Shown here: positions 50,401 through 64,000 of the stretch, one piece after another
How the letters are laid out: each line of letters starts with the position of its first letter
Numbering within the stretch: the stretch's first letter is position 1
Assembly: GCF_004010195.1 (NCBI RefSeq)
Contig: NC_057717.1
Coordinates: 105,065,904-105,129,903, forward strand
From: Chiloscyllium plagiosum
Lineage: Eukaryota
DNA length: 64,000 nucleotides
Direction of reading: 5' to 3'
The notes under the pieces: model-generated
What the model was told of the DNA's origin: nothing
Seen by the model: only the letters and a program-made list of their open reading frames with translations
The model's database searches: none
Position numbers and translations under genes: made by a program

Positions 50401-51769
50401 CCATTAATTTGTTGGGGTTCCCTGGTGTAGGTTTCCAACCAGGCCAAAGGTCTTCTGCAAACTTATGGAGTCCAGAGCAAATTTTGGTAAAGATTGGTTT
50501 CACAATCACTGATACATCCGCGCCAGTCTCAACCTCCATTATAACTGAGTTAACATTTAACCAGACACTTACTTTAAATAGTTCTGATTTGGATATTGCT
50601 AAGCAATTTAACTGTTCAAGTTACCTGTAGGTGGACTTTCCAGGGTGTGCACTCTCCTGGATACCTGCCTATGAGTTCTCTTACTCAATTCAAGCCTAGT
50701 GGCACACTTTTGCTGGTTGGTATGCATTCACATATCAGCTGCAAGTACAATGGTCTGCTTGCCCAGACCCTTGAGAAAATTTTAAACCATTTTGTCGAAG
50801 TTTGGCTTTGTTTTAGGGTTTTGCTGTGAGCTGACCAAGAGTGCCTCTATTCAGGATACGTCCTGAGTATGGTATTGCAATTGCATTCACTCAAGTGGTG
50901 TTCTCCAAATTCAGTTGAACTGGTGAGCGTGTTCACTTCCATTGGAATACCCTGTAACTCATATGTTCCAATTGCTGCATTTTCTAGTGACAGTGTGATA
51001 CCTGTTTGAAGTCCAGTTGGACTTCAGCTCATAGACATTTTTGCATGGTCACATCATTAATCCCACATATCAAATGGTCTCTCAGCATCTCACTTGGGGT
51101 CAAACCAAAGTCACATGCCTCTGCCAGTCATCTTAACCTCGTCAAAAATCCCAATACAAATTTCCCTGGTTCGCGAACTGCCAAATAAAACTGATAGCAT
51201 TTCAGAATTAGAGGCGGCTTGTGGTCATAATATTCCTTAGCTAAATCTGGCAACTCTTGAAAGGTTTTAGTATGTGGTGCCTCAGGAAAATTAGGCTCCT
51301 AATAACGGAAAAAGCTACAGGTCCATAAGCTGTCAGGAGAATTACTTGTTGCTTTTCGTCTGCCCCAATGCCATTTGGCTGGAAAGAAATAGCACATTCT
51401 TTCCACATACAGGGCCCAATCTTTGAGTCAAGCTTCCCAAATAGCATTATAATGCCAGAAATGCTTACCCCCAACTCAAAGGCAACTGTTATGAGTGAAT
51501 CTCTTTAGGTATGTGGTTTTCTCTTGTCCCCACTGCAATAACTCCAGGAAGGCTAGTACTTGGTCACTAAGTCACCCTTCATTTACACATGCATAGTATG
51601 TGACACTGACCCAACTAGCTCAGAGTTGGCACCTACTGTGAACAGAACCCCTGATACTCTATTTATATCAGTCAGTCAGGACTCCCTGATTGGGGCTGTT
51701 AACCTGATCCAAATCAGTGAACTCAAGTTTGATGAGGTCTACCTGGCTGATCTCGTTCCAATCACTACA
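47426..51769 (-). mobile_element. Gypsy LTR retrotransposon, near full-length decayed provirus 2
   Basis: 5' LTR 51769-51534 (TGTAGTGATTGG...TTATTGCA) then PBS-like GTGGGGACAAG; gag MLFGKLDS; protease MEVETGADVSVI; RT/RNase H remnants; integrase PWFQSHIEYADPFM..FLVIMDAH; partial 3' LTR ~47600-47426; flanks CAGTC/TAGCC may be a diverged 5-bp TSD. Confidence 0.9.
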
Positions 51770-53058
51770 TAGCCCTTCTGAAAGCTCACTTCAACCTGTT
51801 CCCAGGCCTCCACTATTAAAGTTATAAACTGGTTGGTAAGGTGAGGAGAGTCATTCCATTATTTTTCATACCAACCGAACCTCCAATCATTGCTTTCTAA
51901 TGTTAGAATGATATCGGCCCAATTCAGGGAATCACAGGCACATGGATTCCTTGGAATCATTAGACTCACATGCTAAATAGTCCTGACTTTCCAAATGGTT
52001 TCTAATTTTTCTGAAATATTCAGACATTGCTTTTGTCCACTATTAAAGAGAGTGGTTTCAGGCAAAATCCTCAGTCAAATATTTACCATTAAATTTAAGT
52101 AGAACACATTGAATATGGTGTTATCACTACAGTAATACTATAGTAACAGATCTGCTTTATATATTTCCATTTCACAGTTGGTGGTGCCTTGAACTATCAA
52201 GGCCATACACTGTGGAATTTCCACCTTAAACTTCTCAATAATAACCGATTCTCCTTAAAAGCTACTTTGACCAAGACCGGGCATTTCCGTTAGTAATGTT
52301 TGTCCAATTATATTCCTATGAAACTTCTGATCAATTCTCTCAAAGACAATGTATAAATGCAAGCTCTGAATGTTAAACAGCATCAATTTTCTCAAAGGAA
52401 ATGACCTATGCTGAGTTTCTTTTCCATTTTGACTGCCTGGCACTTAACCAAGCAGTACTCTTGTCAGTGTCAGCCCAGATAATAGCTGACTACCATGTCA
52501 TGTTCCTGGGGATAGGGAAAACAAAGAGAAAATGAAGAGGACATTACAGTAAATTGTGTTGCTGTTATCATGACCACTGGTCAGAAGTGCTATGGACAGT
52601 TCTGACTGTAAAACACATTTTGGAATTATAAGAGTGCTGATGCAGCAAAAGATAGCTGCAGATGTAAATTAAATGATGTCTGGAGAAGGAGAGACCCCTG
52701 AAATGTCACTCGAAAGGTATAAAAGAAATTCCAAACAATCTTTCAAAAGGAGGAAAGAGGTAAGTCAAAAAAGACTGGACTGTGATCTTGTGGCTACAAA
52801 GATAATTAGGAACGAATGCCCTCCTACTAAACAGAAAGCCACCCAGTGTGAATTATGCCCTAAACTGTAGATCCATTTTGTAGAATGCACAAGGACAGGT
52901 GCTAAAAAGACAGTTTCAACTGTACTGGATGGGCTACAGGGACGAAAGTTCTCAGGTGTGTATTAGCCTGGATTAGCGTACTGTGAAGTCCATACTTGAA
53001 GAACTATCCTATAGTCACCCATCAGTTGCAAGTAAAGGGACTCTTACTCTGAGCCAGC

Positions 53059-53215
53059 AGTTCAGGCAGCATCCAAGGAGCAGCAAAATCGACGTTTCGG
53101 GCAAAAGCCCTTCATCAGGACGTCGATTGCTGCCTGAACTGCTATGCTCTTCCAGCACCACTAATCCAAAATCTGGTTTCCAGCATCTGCAATCATTGTT
53201 TTTACCTGTTTTTAC
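53059..53215. mobile_element. Fold-back Penelope-derived insertion with perfect minimal hammerhead core
   Basis: 18-bp TSD CTCTTACTCTGAGCCAGC (53041-53058, 53216-53233); minus strand CTGATGA AGGGC TTTT GCCC GAAACGTC GA (53087-53120). Confidence 0.88.
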
Positions 53216-53624
53216 CTCTTACTCTGAGCCAGCCAACTAGCAAGCCAGACAAAATTGACAATAAAAAGGCTCTCTCTCACACACGGTCTACTGGAATTCA
53301 GTCACAGTCATAAGGAATCAGAACAACAGAATCTCAACCAACTTGTGAAACTAAGAATCTTGAAATTGATTGCTGAGCTACCAACATCACACGACCAGTA
53401 ACCTCTTTTGCAATGGCTGCAATGTTCAACTGTTAGCTCTTTATGATGAATCCAGAGACTGGTCTATATATCTGCTTTTTTTTTTATAAAGACTTTGATC
53501 TTCTTGGACTCACTTCTTTTAAATCGATGTTTGTTCCATTATGAATTCTTCTCAAATTTAATCATTAATAATCTCACTCTTTGTTAACTCAAGAAAGCCT
53601 GGTTAAATTAGTTCCTTTTAAACA

Positions 53625-54155
53625 AGAGTATACAGTTCTGGTCGCCCTGCTACAGGAAGGATATTATTAAATTGCCGAGGTTTCAGAAAAGATTTACCAG
53701 GATGCTGCTGAGACTGGAGGGCTTGAGTTACAGGGAGAGGCTAGATAGGCTGGGACATTTTTCATTGTAATGTAGGAGGTTGAGGCATGACCTTACAGAG
53801 GTTTATAAAATCATGACGGGTACAGATAAGGTGAATAGTTAAGGCCTTTTCCCTCGGATGAGGGAGTTCAAAACTAGGGGGCAAATTTTAAGGTGAGAGT
53901 AGAAAGATTTAAAAAGGACCTGAGGGGCAACATTTTCACACAGAGGGTGGTTTGTATGTGGAATGAACGGCCAGAGGAAGCGATAGATCAAAATACAAGT
54001 TCAACACTTAAAAGAAATTTGGATAGTACATGAATAGGAAAGGTTTACACGGATATGGGTGAAACGCAGGCAAGTGGGACTAGGTTAGTTTGGGAAGCTT
54101 GGTCAGCATGGACAAGTTGGACTGAAGGGTCTGTTTCTGTGCTGTATGGGTCTTT
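53625..54155 (+). mobile_element. CR1 3' end
   Basis: QFWSPCYRKDIIKL..QKRFTRML remnant and tail GAAGGGTCTGTTTCTGTGCTGTATG. Confidence 0.85.
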
Positions 54156-55144
54156 GTGGATCTGGAGAAAGATATCTCCTTTGAATCAAATTTTTAAAAT
54201 GGCGCTGGTTGCAATCAGTGAAGGTGGTCAGTGACTAAAAAACAAAGGGAGTTAGTACATCCCTCCTCACCCAAGTATCCCATCTGGAATCATTACAAAT
54301 TGCGTAACCTCACCCAGGGACTGGGCAATACACTGTTCTTGTTGATACAAACTTCAGTTGAAGATCATCATGTTCAGTAGCAGAGAATGAGAATAATAGG
54401 TGGCTAATCAAAGGCTGTCAGGAACATACTATTACCACGGGGGTTGATACAACAATGATGAAGCTGTAACAAATTAAAAGAGCCACCACAGGAATGCTGC
54501 TGTACTGACAAGCTTCAAACATATCCTGTTGTCTCAGTCATCCCTTGCAGAGACCAAAGCCAGGCAGATATAATTTCCAGAACAGCCACTGCAATTAAAA
54601 CAGTTCCTATTCACAAATGAACAGTTTGATGTTTAAGCAAACTAAAAATATAAATTTTCAGTCATAAGATGAATCCTTCAATGAAATGTCAAATTTTCTT
54701 CCGTTCATTAAGATAGACATTTTTTCTACTCAATAGCTGCCCTAACAATCTGCATTCTTACATGAATTAGATTATATTACTTGTATAAACATGTGTAGCT
54801 TTGACTGGGTACAAATGTTATACTGGTGCATACTGGTACACATTACATTTTGAAAAATGAACAATGAAGAATCATGCAATACTGTAATCAGTTGATTAGT
54901 TTTACAGCTGGACATACAAGGCCTGCTGCTTATCCTATGTACTAAATTGTGGAATATCACATAGCTATAAGCTGGGGAGTCCATTTGAAGGGCAAAGAAT
55001 TTTTCCCCATACCTATCCAGTATAGGGTACTTACGTTTTCTGAGAGTTATCATTCAGTATTCCTGAAAGGTTACATATCACAATTATCAAAAGGTTAAAC
55101 CTTACTTTCTAATGGGTAACAACAAGTTTCACTAAGGGGCAGCT

Positions 55145-55615
55145 TACCAGATTGACATCTGGAATGAGCAGGGTATTTTATGAGGACAGGTTGAACAGGC
55201 TGGGCCTGTTTCCACTGGAGTTTAGAAGAGCAAGGCATTACTTGATTGAAGTTTAAAAGATCCTGAACAGACTTGACAGGGTGGACATCAAAAAGGTGTT
55301 TCTTTTTGTGGTCAGTCCAGAAGTAGGGGACAATGTGTAAACATTAAGAGACCCCTTTTGAAAAAGAGATAAGAATTTTGTCTGAAAGGGTAGTGCAACT
55401 TTGAAACTCTACTTCAGGAGGTGGTAGAAACGGGTCATTGAATATTTAGCCAGAGGTGGATAGATTATCATTAGGCAAGGAATCAAAAGGTTATCAGGGA
55501 TAGATGGGAATGTGGAATCTAAAACACAATCAGATCAGCTGTGATATTATTGAATTGTGGAGCAAGGTCAAGGGCTGAATGTGTATTTCTGCTCCTGTTA
55601 AGTATGCTCATATGG
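55145..55615 (+). mobile_element. Old CR1 3' end
   Basis: CTGGAGTTTAGAAGAGCAAGG...CAGATCAGCTGTGAT...GGGCTGAATG, similar to 11700-12135. Confidence 0.7.
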
Positions 55616-58600
55616 AAGGTTTAAAACTATAAAGGGAACTGATAGAACTGACCAAGGTGAATAGTCAAGAGTTCAATCACCAAGGGAAACTACTTAAAAT
55701 TTAGGAATCAGGAGAGACTGCTTTCACTAAAGTAAGTAAATTTTAGATTTAGAGTATTTGGTTTTCTTAAAAGGCAGTTAAAGATCACATTACATAATTC
55801 ATAAAATAGTAGAAAAATCATCTAGTGTTCTATTATTATTCATTTTTCATATGAATATTATTCACTATCCATGTTTTATTATATTATCCTATGACCCATA
55901 GGATGCCAGTATATACTGCTCTTCCCTAATTGCCCTTGAGAAGCTGATGAAAAACAGCTTCCTTGAATACAATTGGATGGTTTGCATGGCCATTTCAGAG
56001 GACAGTGAAGAATCAAACTTATTATCTTCACACATATGCCAGACTGAACATGGTCAGCAGATTTTCTTCCCAAAACAATGTTGTTAATATTCTCTGGTGG
56101 TGCAAAAATGTCATTACAGTACCGCAAAACAATTCACTGCATATGAAACGCCATGAGACATTTAAGAAGTTAATTTTTCTTTCCTTACCAAGAAAGTCCA
56201 CTGAAATACTTTTATAAAGACAATTATTAAAGTTTCTGAAGAGATACATTGAAAGGATAAAGTGATTGAACAAAATGGCCTTTCACAAATGCCAAAAATA
56301 CTTAAAGTTTGAGATCTCATGTACTCTTCAATAGCATGACCATAAAATGTATATAATTTTTACAAAAATTGTTTGCTGTTCACAGCATAATATTGCATGT
56401 TTGTTAATATCAGACAATAAAGTGTTTCAGTAATCAATATAAAAACATTTGAACTTTTCCAATATTTTATATAAAACCTACTAAGTGTGGAAAAAAATCT
56501 TTGAGTCCATATTTTACTCAAATTCTATATAATCGGCAATCTCATGCACATACCATAGCGAAATGAACTAGTTATTGATACATTCCCTTGGAACTCACAG
56601 TCAGCTCTAAATCTTAAGTATCTTCTCAAAATGCTGTCCTTCACCTTCAAGTGATGGAACACAACTCTGTGTTGACAATGGCCAATGCAAGTTTTCAGTT
56701 ACCTGTTATTTTATTCAGTGACAATTTTTGCCTGACGATCTTCCTGTGACTTATGATATTTTCCCACATTAAAGGAAAATGCATAAATAAAAGCTCTGGC
56801 TGTGATATACCAAATGTTAAAAGTTGCGAAGTATAAGTTAGAACTATTTCACCACAGACTGGGGGAGGAGGAAAGAGAAGAAATAAAAGAAGTATGCAGT
56901 TTTCAATTATCGGGTTAACAGTTCAATTTATATTTGAAAAATACTGTTGCAAGTTTTACTGTAATTTTAAAACCAGGCTTTGGCACATGAAGCAAGTCTG
57001 CCAAATATAAAGAGAAAGGTAGGCAGAAAATAGCTTCTGGGTGCCACAGCAATATAAATATTTCAAGTCTAAGCTAAGTGAGAGCCCAACTTCCACCATC
57101 AGAATGTGTTCCAATTTTAATGTTTCGATTTTCACAGTAAAAGAAAATGTCCAGCGTCTAAACAGCAAATGGCAGCCATACACCATATTCAAATAGCTTA
57201 TTCCATTCTTATTTACAATTTTAAAACCCTGGTTACTAAATTTGGTAAAGGAAAACTGAAGGTCTATACAAAATGGGAAGGCCAAGTTACAAAACATTCC
57301 TCCAGGGTAGTCACACATTGAAAAAAGAAAGGCACCATTCTACTGAATGGCTTGTTGAATATTATGAAATGTCAAATATCTTGCAAAGAGCATGTCTTTT
57401 TCTCTTTACTTTTAAATTGTGGAGCAAAATGAAAAAAGCATGCTTTTTTTTAAACTATGGAAACTGTTTAAAGAAATGTTGCAGTTTCCAAACAAGTTAT
57501 TGGGTGTCATTGAGAGTTGTATTTACAATGTTGCCTTGATCAAGCAGTGAGAGAGGATTGCTGGACTCATTGGTACCAGGGTCTGTGCTCGGATCAATTG
57601 CCTAGAGACAAGCTGTTGATTGGTTTTCAAACAGGATCAATTGTGTGGGTCAGGAATGCTCAGTACAACAGCTCGCTGCTTGGAATCTGAGTAAGTAGCC
57701 AGTCAGTGTGTGAACAATAGAGAGGGGCAAAAGGCCTCCAGACTCAAACATGACAGCATCTCACTTTACTTCCAGAGAAATAAAGAATTGGAAGACAGCT
57801 AGCTATTCTCACTATTTGCCTATAAGGCTGCTGCCTCTAATCAATGACTGACAGACTGAACAATTAGTGTGTTAACTGCCCTGTGTCTGAGTAAAGAAAC
57901 AAAAAGACACCTAACTGATTTCGCTGGATTGGTACTTTTTGAAAAGAGCTCCCATAATATTTTTCTTTCCACAATTTTGTTTTGCTCATCTATGTCTGTT
58001 TCAATGTGTTTGTAGGGATTTAAGAAGGGCTAGCGTACAGGCTAGAGTTATAAGTTGATAAATTCATATTTTGTTTAAGTGTAGTTGGAACTGATTTATT
58101 TGGAATGAATAGTAATTTTGTTAAGTACAGAAACATGATCAGTACTTTGTATTGACTTATAAGTTCACTAGATCAGAAAATTGAGAACTTTGAGTAATTT
58201 AACTAAATTTTTAACTTTTGTCACAATCCTCAGAGTAGTCTCATCTAGTATCAGTACACTTTCCTAAGTTGATTGAGTCTCAAGATTGTTCACACTTGCC
58301 AGGTATATTTCTGCAGAAAAAGTTTTGCAGAAAACTTTTTATCTATGTCTACAGTTTCTGCATTGTGAAGCAAAACATTAGTTTTATCTTGCACATTCCA
58401 GATTTCCCCTCCTTTTTGCACACACACACAATTTTGTGTTCATTCAGGTAAGTGATATTAGTGTTGGGGAGCGGAACATTTTTCATCTCAGTATCCAGTA
58501 TCAAGTGCCTCAAATGTAACAGAAGTAAACTCAAGGCAAAATCTCTATTCTCTCCTAGTGATGTATTATAAGGACAGACCTACTGTGTCAGCTGATAATT

Positions 58601-61600
58601 TTGATTTTTCCACACCACCCATTTTTGTGGACTCTTCAAGGACCTTATCATTTTATACTGAATTGTGGACAACATTATATAAATCTGACATTTGACCGGC
58701 TCATTTAGTCAGTTATCAAACCAGATACTGAGCAAATCCATCTTCTAAATTTGCCATCCGGTCTCAAAAGAAGAGTTTGCTCTTAATATTTAATTAGATA
58801 GAGGTTCAGCATGTGGGGAGTCTGGGTTAAAAGGTTTATGGGCTGTCTTTATGGTTCATTCGATCAAGAGTTTTCACAACCAGGACATCTAGTAACATAT
58901 TTTAATTCATCTTCTCAGATTCATTGCATCTCCCTCACCCCTAAATGATGCAATGTGACAAACTAGTTCCTAGACATTTACCAATTATGAAACCATATGT
59001 TATTACAAGTGCAGAGACATATAACACTCTCACTTTATGGAATATACAATTCCTTTCCATTCTCTGTTCTAACAATATTGGGAAGCACAACCTGGATCCG
59101 ACTCCACCTAAATCTAATATTTTAGTTCAGAATTCTATGAACATTAAAATATCAAATGCAGATACTTAATTGGTCTTATTGATTTGATTGTGTGAAGTAA
59201 GGGAGCTTGTTACAATGAAATGTTTGCAATGTGGAAAATGCATGTTCTATATACATGAATTTCTGCATGTTGTATTTTCACACAAGCTTGGGAAGAAAAA
59301 CAAATTGATTAAAACTTAAATGGCAAGACTATGCTCTGAAATATCTGAATGAATGAGTGACTCCTTTTTGTGTTAGGAATTGAAGTCTTGTAGTGTCTTG
59401 GCTAATTCAGTAGTAGCAAAAACTAAGAACTCAGTTTCTTCATAGATTACTCCAATACAGAAATGTATATTTTGATATTTTGGGACAATAAGATCTGTTC
59501 CAAAATGTCTGCTATTCTAGTTTGATTACAAATCAAACATTTGTGCTACTTCTGAGAGAAACAAAAAATCTCTTATTCAAATTTGAGACAAGAATAACAA
59601 TAAAATAGTTCATCTTTTACAGAATTCAAATCAACATTATTATATGTGCCTTTAAACACTACTTTTCTCAACAGGCTACCCAGTCAATCTCATCAATTAA
59701 AAACAAAGCTAACTAGTGAGTTTTGTATCTTAGCTCAATGATGGGTGACATCCATGACACTTTATGTTTTAAATAATCAAATAACGAACGATGCTGTAAA
59801 TTAGAGTATGGCAACTTTGAACCTTCCCATAATGTGACTTTCTCAGCTGTGTGTCATGAGGGGATCAAGAGAGAACAAATGTCACTCTTGACCAATCTCA
59901 GGCAACTTTTATTAACGACGAATATCGCTGTATGAGTAGGTCTAGGAGTAGGTAGCTGACTGATGCTTGGCTAAGGATGATGCTTAGACTGAATGGAATA
60001 AATTCAACAATAAATCATGATTCTTGAGAGATTAGTTTGAATAACCATGAGAGGTTCAACAATATATGTTTAGAACACAGAGTTCCAAGTTTAGTCATTA
60101 ATGTTGTTAACACTAAGGGTCAGTCTCCAAGGGAGTAAATTTGCCTTGTTCTCTACATCATGGGGGAAGAAGAAAGTTAAGCCTTGGAAGAGGCTTTCGT
60201 TTACATTTTAATATAAGAAACATACTGCAGATACTGGAAATAAGAAATAAAACAGTAAATGCTGGAGAAACTCATAAGGCCTGGCAGCATCTGTGGAGGG
60301 AGAAACAGCATTAAAGTTCTTCTTTGGAACTCCATTTACATACAGTTTAGTTATAGCATTGGTGTCACGGGAGCTATGATTTTAAAGTGAGACACAAAAA
60401 GATCGTAGTAAAACAAGTACTGAATACATAAAAGCTTTAAAATCATAAAATACAAGACAGACACAATCTTGAGTAATAGTTGCCTTGGATATTTCAAAAT
60501 CACCACTATAATAGTTTCAAATTAATCAATCAACAGCCAAATTCCTTGACGAGGGCCATTCATTACAAAATAGATTTTAAGATCAAATTTTTTTCGCCAC
60601 ATTTTTAGAACCAGGATCCAGTTGTCCTCTAATATTCCACACAACAGAGGAGATTTGTAAATAGTTGTGCGTTAAAAAGGTTTGAATGCTCAGACTACAG
60701 TTTTGATTTCAATTTAATTTATTTTGAAATCAGGACAACTATTGAGTTGCTAGTAGCTGTAAGCGAAAGGACTATTCTGATATTCATTGCTCAAAATACG
60801 CAGGGGTTTCAGGCAAAAGTCCCCAATCACCTGAGAAAATTCACTCAAAGAGTGCCCAAAAGACAGAAAAGTTTCCCCTCTAGTTGCAATGAAAGTAAAT
60901 GATTAAGTGTTGCTCCTCCAAGCACAGACTGGGTCTCTCCCATATTTGCATCTGACAGGCTGGCTGGTGAGCTTATCAGCAACAAAAAAAACAGTCTGCG
61001 ATTGGAGGAGCAGTGAGTAGCTGGGAAGGCAAATGCTGACTTGAGGAATGGTTTTAAGTAAATCTGTTGGACTACAACCTAATGTCGTGTGACTTTTGAC
61101 TTTGACTTAAGGAAATTACCAGAGAATGCCTTTTTCAGAGGATAAGGTGCAAGTGACAAGAGCCTGAGGGCACAGTTGATTACAGTTGAGGGCCAAGGGT
61201 TGAACCCAGGGTCAGGTGGCAATAGCCAGGAGTGGGAGTGCCGAGAGCAAAGGTGTGAGATCCAAGTGGAGGAGAGAGAAGGGGAGGGGACACACACCTT
61301 TTGGCAGGCATGGCTGAGCTTTTTGCCATCACCAGTTCTGGGAGTTCCATCCACTGGATCTAGATTCTGGGGAGGAAGAGACTGCAAAAGATATAAAATA
61401 GGATAAGGCAGCTGCATGGGGAGTTGGGGAAGGAAATAAAAAGTGTGGGTGTGATTGCAAAGGAGAAGGGGAAGAGAAGGACGATACCAGAGAGATCAAT
61501 TTTAAACCTGTCAACAAAGAAATACTCAGCCAACTGGGAACTTAGAAAACTTTAAATCACTGAGGTAATAAATTCCTTGTAAATTAATGTGGAATAACTA

Positions 61601-61884
61601 GTTTATGACTAAGTGACACCAAGAGCATCCAAACTTGGAAAGGACATAGTGGATCCTACTGTGATAAATCTTGTAAATTGTTAAATTTAAATCTGTGCTT
61701 GAGATCGGAGATACAATAAATAAAGTTGTAACTGGTTAAAATGTTCCAGCTTTGAGAATATGCAATGAAAATGCATTAGCAATGACATTACAAGTCTGTG
61801 CAAATTATGTTTAGGGTGCTGGCTTTTTATGTCTAAAAGTTTTCATAACTTATTTTGAAATAAAACTTTGTAAACTTACTTACC

Positions 61885-62468
61885 ATGCTGGGACCACAGT
61901 CCTAGCAAATCGCATAACTAGGGCTGTAAACAGGGCTTTAAACTAAATAAGATGGGGGCGGGGGAGGGAAGGGTTCAGTTATAGGGGAAATTAGAAAACC
62001 CAAATTAAAAGGAGGAGATAAGAGTGCAGAACTCAGAAGAGGTTATTAAAATCTCCAGCACAGACACAAATAGGGCAGAGTATTTGGAAAGGGTTAGCAA
62101 TTAAACTTCAAGCACACTGGAGAAACTAATGACAATGAGAAAAGGGGCAGTTCACATAGGACTGAAGGTGTTATATCTGAATGCACGCAATATAAGGAAT
62201 AAGGTAAATGAGCTTGTGGCACAGATCAAAATTGGCAGGTATGACTTGGTGGGCACCACGGAGACTTGGCTGGAAGGGGATCAGGATTGGGAGCTGAATA
62301 TTCAAGGATATACATCTTATGAAAAAGATAGGCAGGTGGGCAGCGGGAGTGGGGTTACTTTATTAGTATTAAATTAAGTCAATAGTAAAAAACAAAGTAG
62401 GGTCAGATGGTGTAGAATTTGTGTTTGAAGAATTGAAGATCCACAAAAGGTTTAAAAAAAGCCATTGT
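61885..62468 (+). mobile_element. CR1 ORF1 end / ORF2 endonuclease start
   Basis: LKVLYLNARNIRNKVNELVAQI..YDLVGTTETWL..DWELNIQGY. Confidence 0.85.
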
Positions 62469-62469
62469 C

Positions 62470-64000
62470 GGTGTAGCTGAAGGATTCTGGGTAATCCAAG
62501 ATGGAGGACAGGAAAAGTTTCTGGCTGTAACAGCTGCTAGTTTTAGGTATTGGAGGTGATTTCCTCGAATTCCAGGAGCAGCAATTACTACTTTATATGC
62601 TGTTGCATTGTTTTGGAACTCTGGAGAAACAAAGTCAAAACAACAGCACTTTTAAAAGAGAGAGGAACAGACAAAGGCAGCACATGGTGAGGTCAAAGCA
62701 GGAGAGAGAGAGAGAGAAGAAACAAACAAACTGACACAGCAGTGAACTTGCACAGTTACTGTCTTTGCTGTATTGCTGGGTATCGGAGTGCATGTGGGAA
62801 AACTAACAAACAGTGAAATTCACAACTAATCTTGGAGGAGCCTGTTTGGGAGAGGTCATAACACAGAAACAGATAAGTGGATATTTTAAGCGTGGCCTTA
62901 CATTAAGTCTGCAGGATTGAGGAGAGTGGGTTATTTCTTGATTATTTGTTTTATTGAGATATGTCTCTTGATTAAACTTAAAATATAAGCCATAACTATT
63001 AATTTATCCTGGAGAAATAAGACAGTGCTATTTTCTGGGTCTGTAGATTGTGAAGGAGCAAAAATGGCCTTTAGTAGAGTGATATGCTCTTCTTGACGGA
63101 TGTGGGAGCTTAGGGAGGGTTTACGTGTTACTGAGGATTATATCTCCAATAAATGCCGTTGGTTGCAAATCCTATCAGATCGAATGGATCAGCTGGAGAG
63201 ACAGAGGTAATGAGGAATTTACAAGAGCAAGGGGATGTGATGGGTGGCAGTTATAGGAAGGGGGAAAAAGTCGCAGACACAGTCACATAGATGGGTTAAC
63301 TCCAGGAAAGCTAAGAGAGGTAGGCAGTTAGAGCAGGAGTCTTCTGTGGCTATCTCTATTTCAAACAAGTATGCTGTTTTGGAAAATGTAGGGGGTGATG
63401 GATTCTCAAGGGAACATAGCATAAACAGCCAAGTTTCTGATATTGAGATCGGCTCTAATGCAATGAGGGGTACGTCGGGTTGCAAGAGATAGATTTTGTT
63501 AGGGGACTCTCTAGTCCAAGGTACAGACAGACGTTTTTGTGGCCAGCAGCAGAAAATCAGAATGGTATGTTGCTTCCCTGGTGCCAGGATCAAAATGTCT
63601 CAGAGAGGGTGCAGAATGTTCTCAAGGGGGAGAGGGGCCAACAGGAGGTCATTGTACACATTGGAACCAACAACATAGGAAGGAAAAAGGTTGAGATTCT
63701 GAAGGGAGATTACAGAGAGTTAGGCAGGAATTTTAAAAGGAGGTCCTCAACAATAGTAATTTCTGGATTACTCTCGGTGCTATGAGCTAGTGAGGGCAGG
63801 AATACGAGGATAGAGCTGATGAATGCATGACTGAGGAGCTGGTGTATGGGAGAAGGATTTACATTTTTGGATCATTGAAAGCTCTTTTGGGGTAGAAGTG
63901 ACCTGTACGAGAAGGACGGATTGCATCTAATTTGGAAAGGGACTAATATACTAGCGGGGAGATTTGCTAGAACTGCTCAGGAGGATTTCAACTAGTAAGG
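62470..64000 (+). mobile_element. CR1 LINE 5' end: 5' UTR and decayed ORF1 (zinc finger and SGNH esterase-like domain), running off the window
   Basis: ATG at 63064: MAFSRVICSS*RMWE...YISNKCRWLQILSDRMDQLERQ; LGDSLVQG, CCFPGARI, VHIGTNNIG, DGLHL motifs. Confidence 0.88.

Noticed and set aside
56900..61880. Short ORFs and LTR-like purine-rich stretches
   Set aside because: No recognisable protein motifs, termini or TSDs that I could support by eye.

Overview
AT-rich, repeat-dense vertebrate DNA, most likely shark (inferred from HE1-like V-SINEs and the CR1/Penelope repeat mix). The window is almost all intron of one minus-strand Cav2 calcium channel alpha-1 gene (CACNA1A-like). Only coding exon 2 (19847-19952) and exon 3 (16215-16354) are present, and exon 2 has a U12-type AT-AC acceptor. 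The rest is decayed CR1-group LINEs, SINEs, two Gypsy proviruses, Tx1 fragments and many short Penelope-derived insertions with minimal hammerhead ribozyme cores. The most striking structure is an array of about six poly(A)-tailed inserts, mostly Tx1-like 3' ends, stacked at one site next to the TATA box of a Gypsy LTR. The target sequence is re-duplicated between inserts, and two inserts carry apparent 3' transductions of another LTR copy, suggesting a LINE that targets an LTR retrotransposon promoter. Also notable: a 281-bp direct duplication bracketing exon 2, a ~110-bp inverted templated copy, and a spacer inversion between palindromic CCAAT boxes separating two LTR subfamilies. TE boundaries were read by eye and are approximate unless a TSD is quoted.
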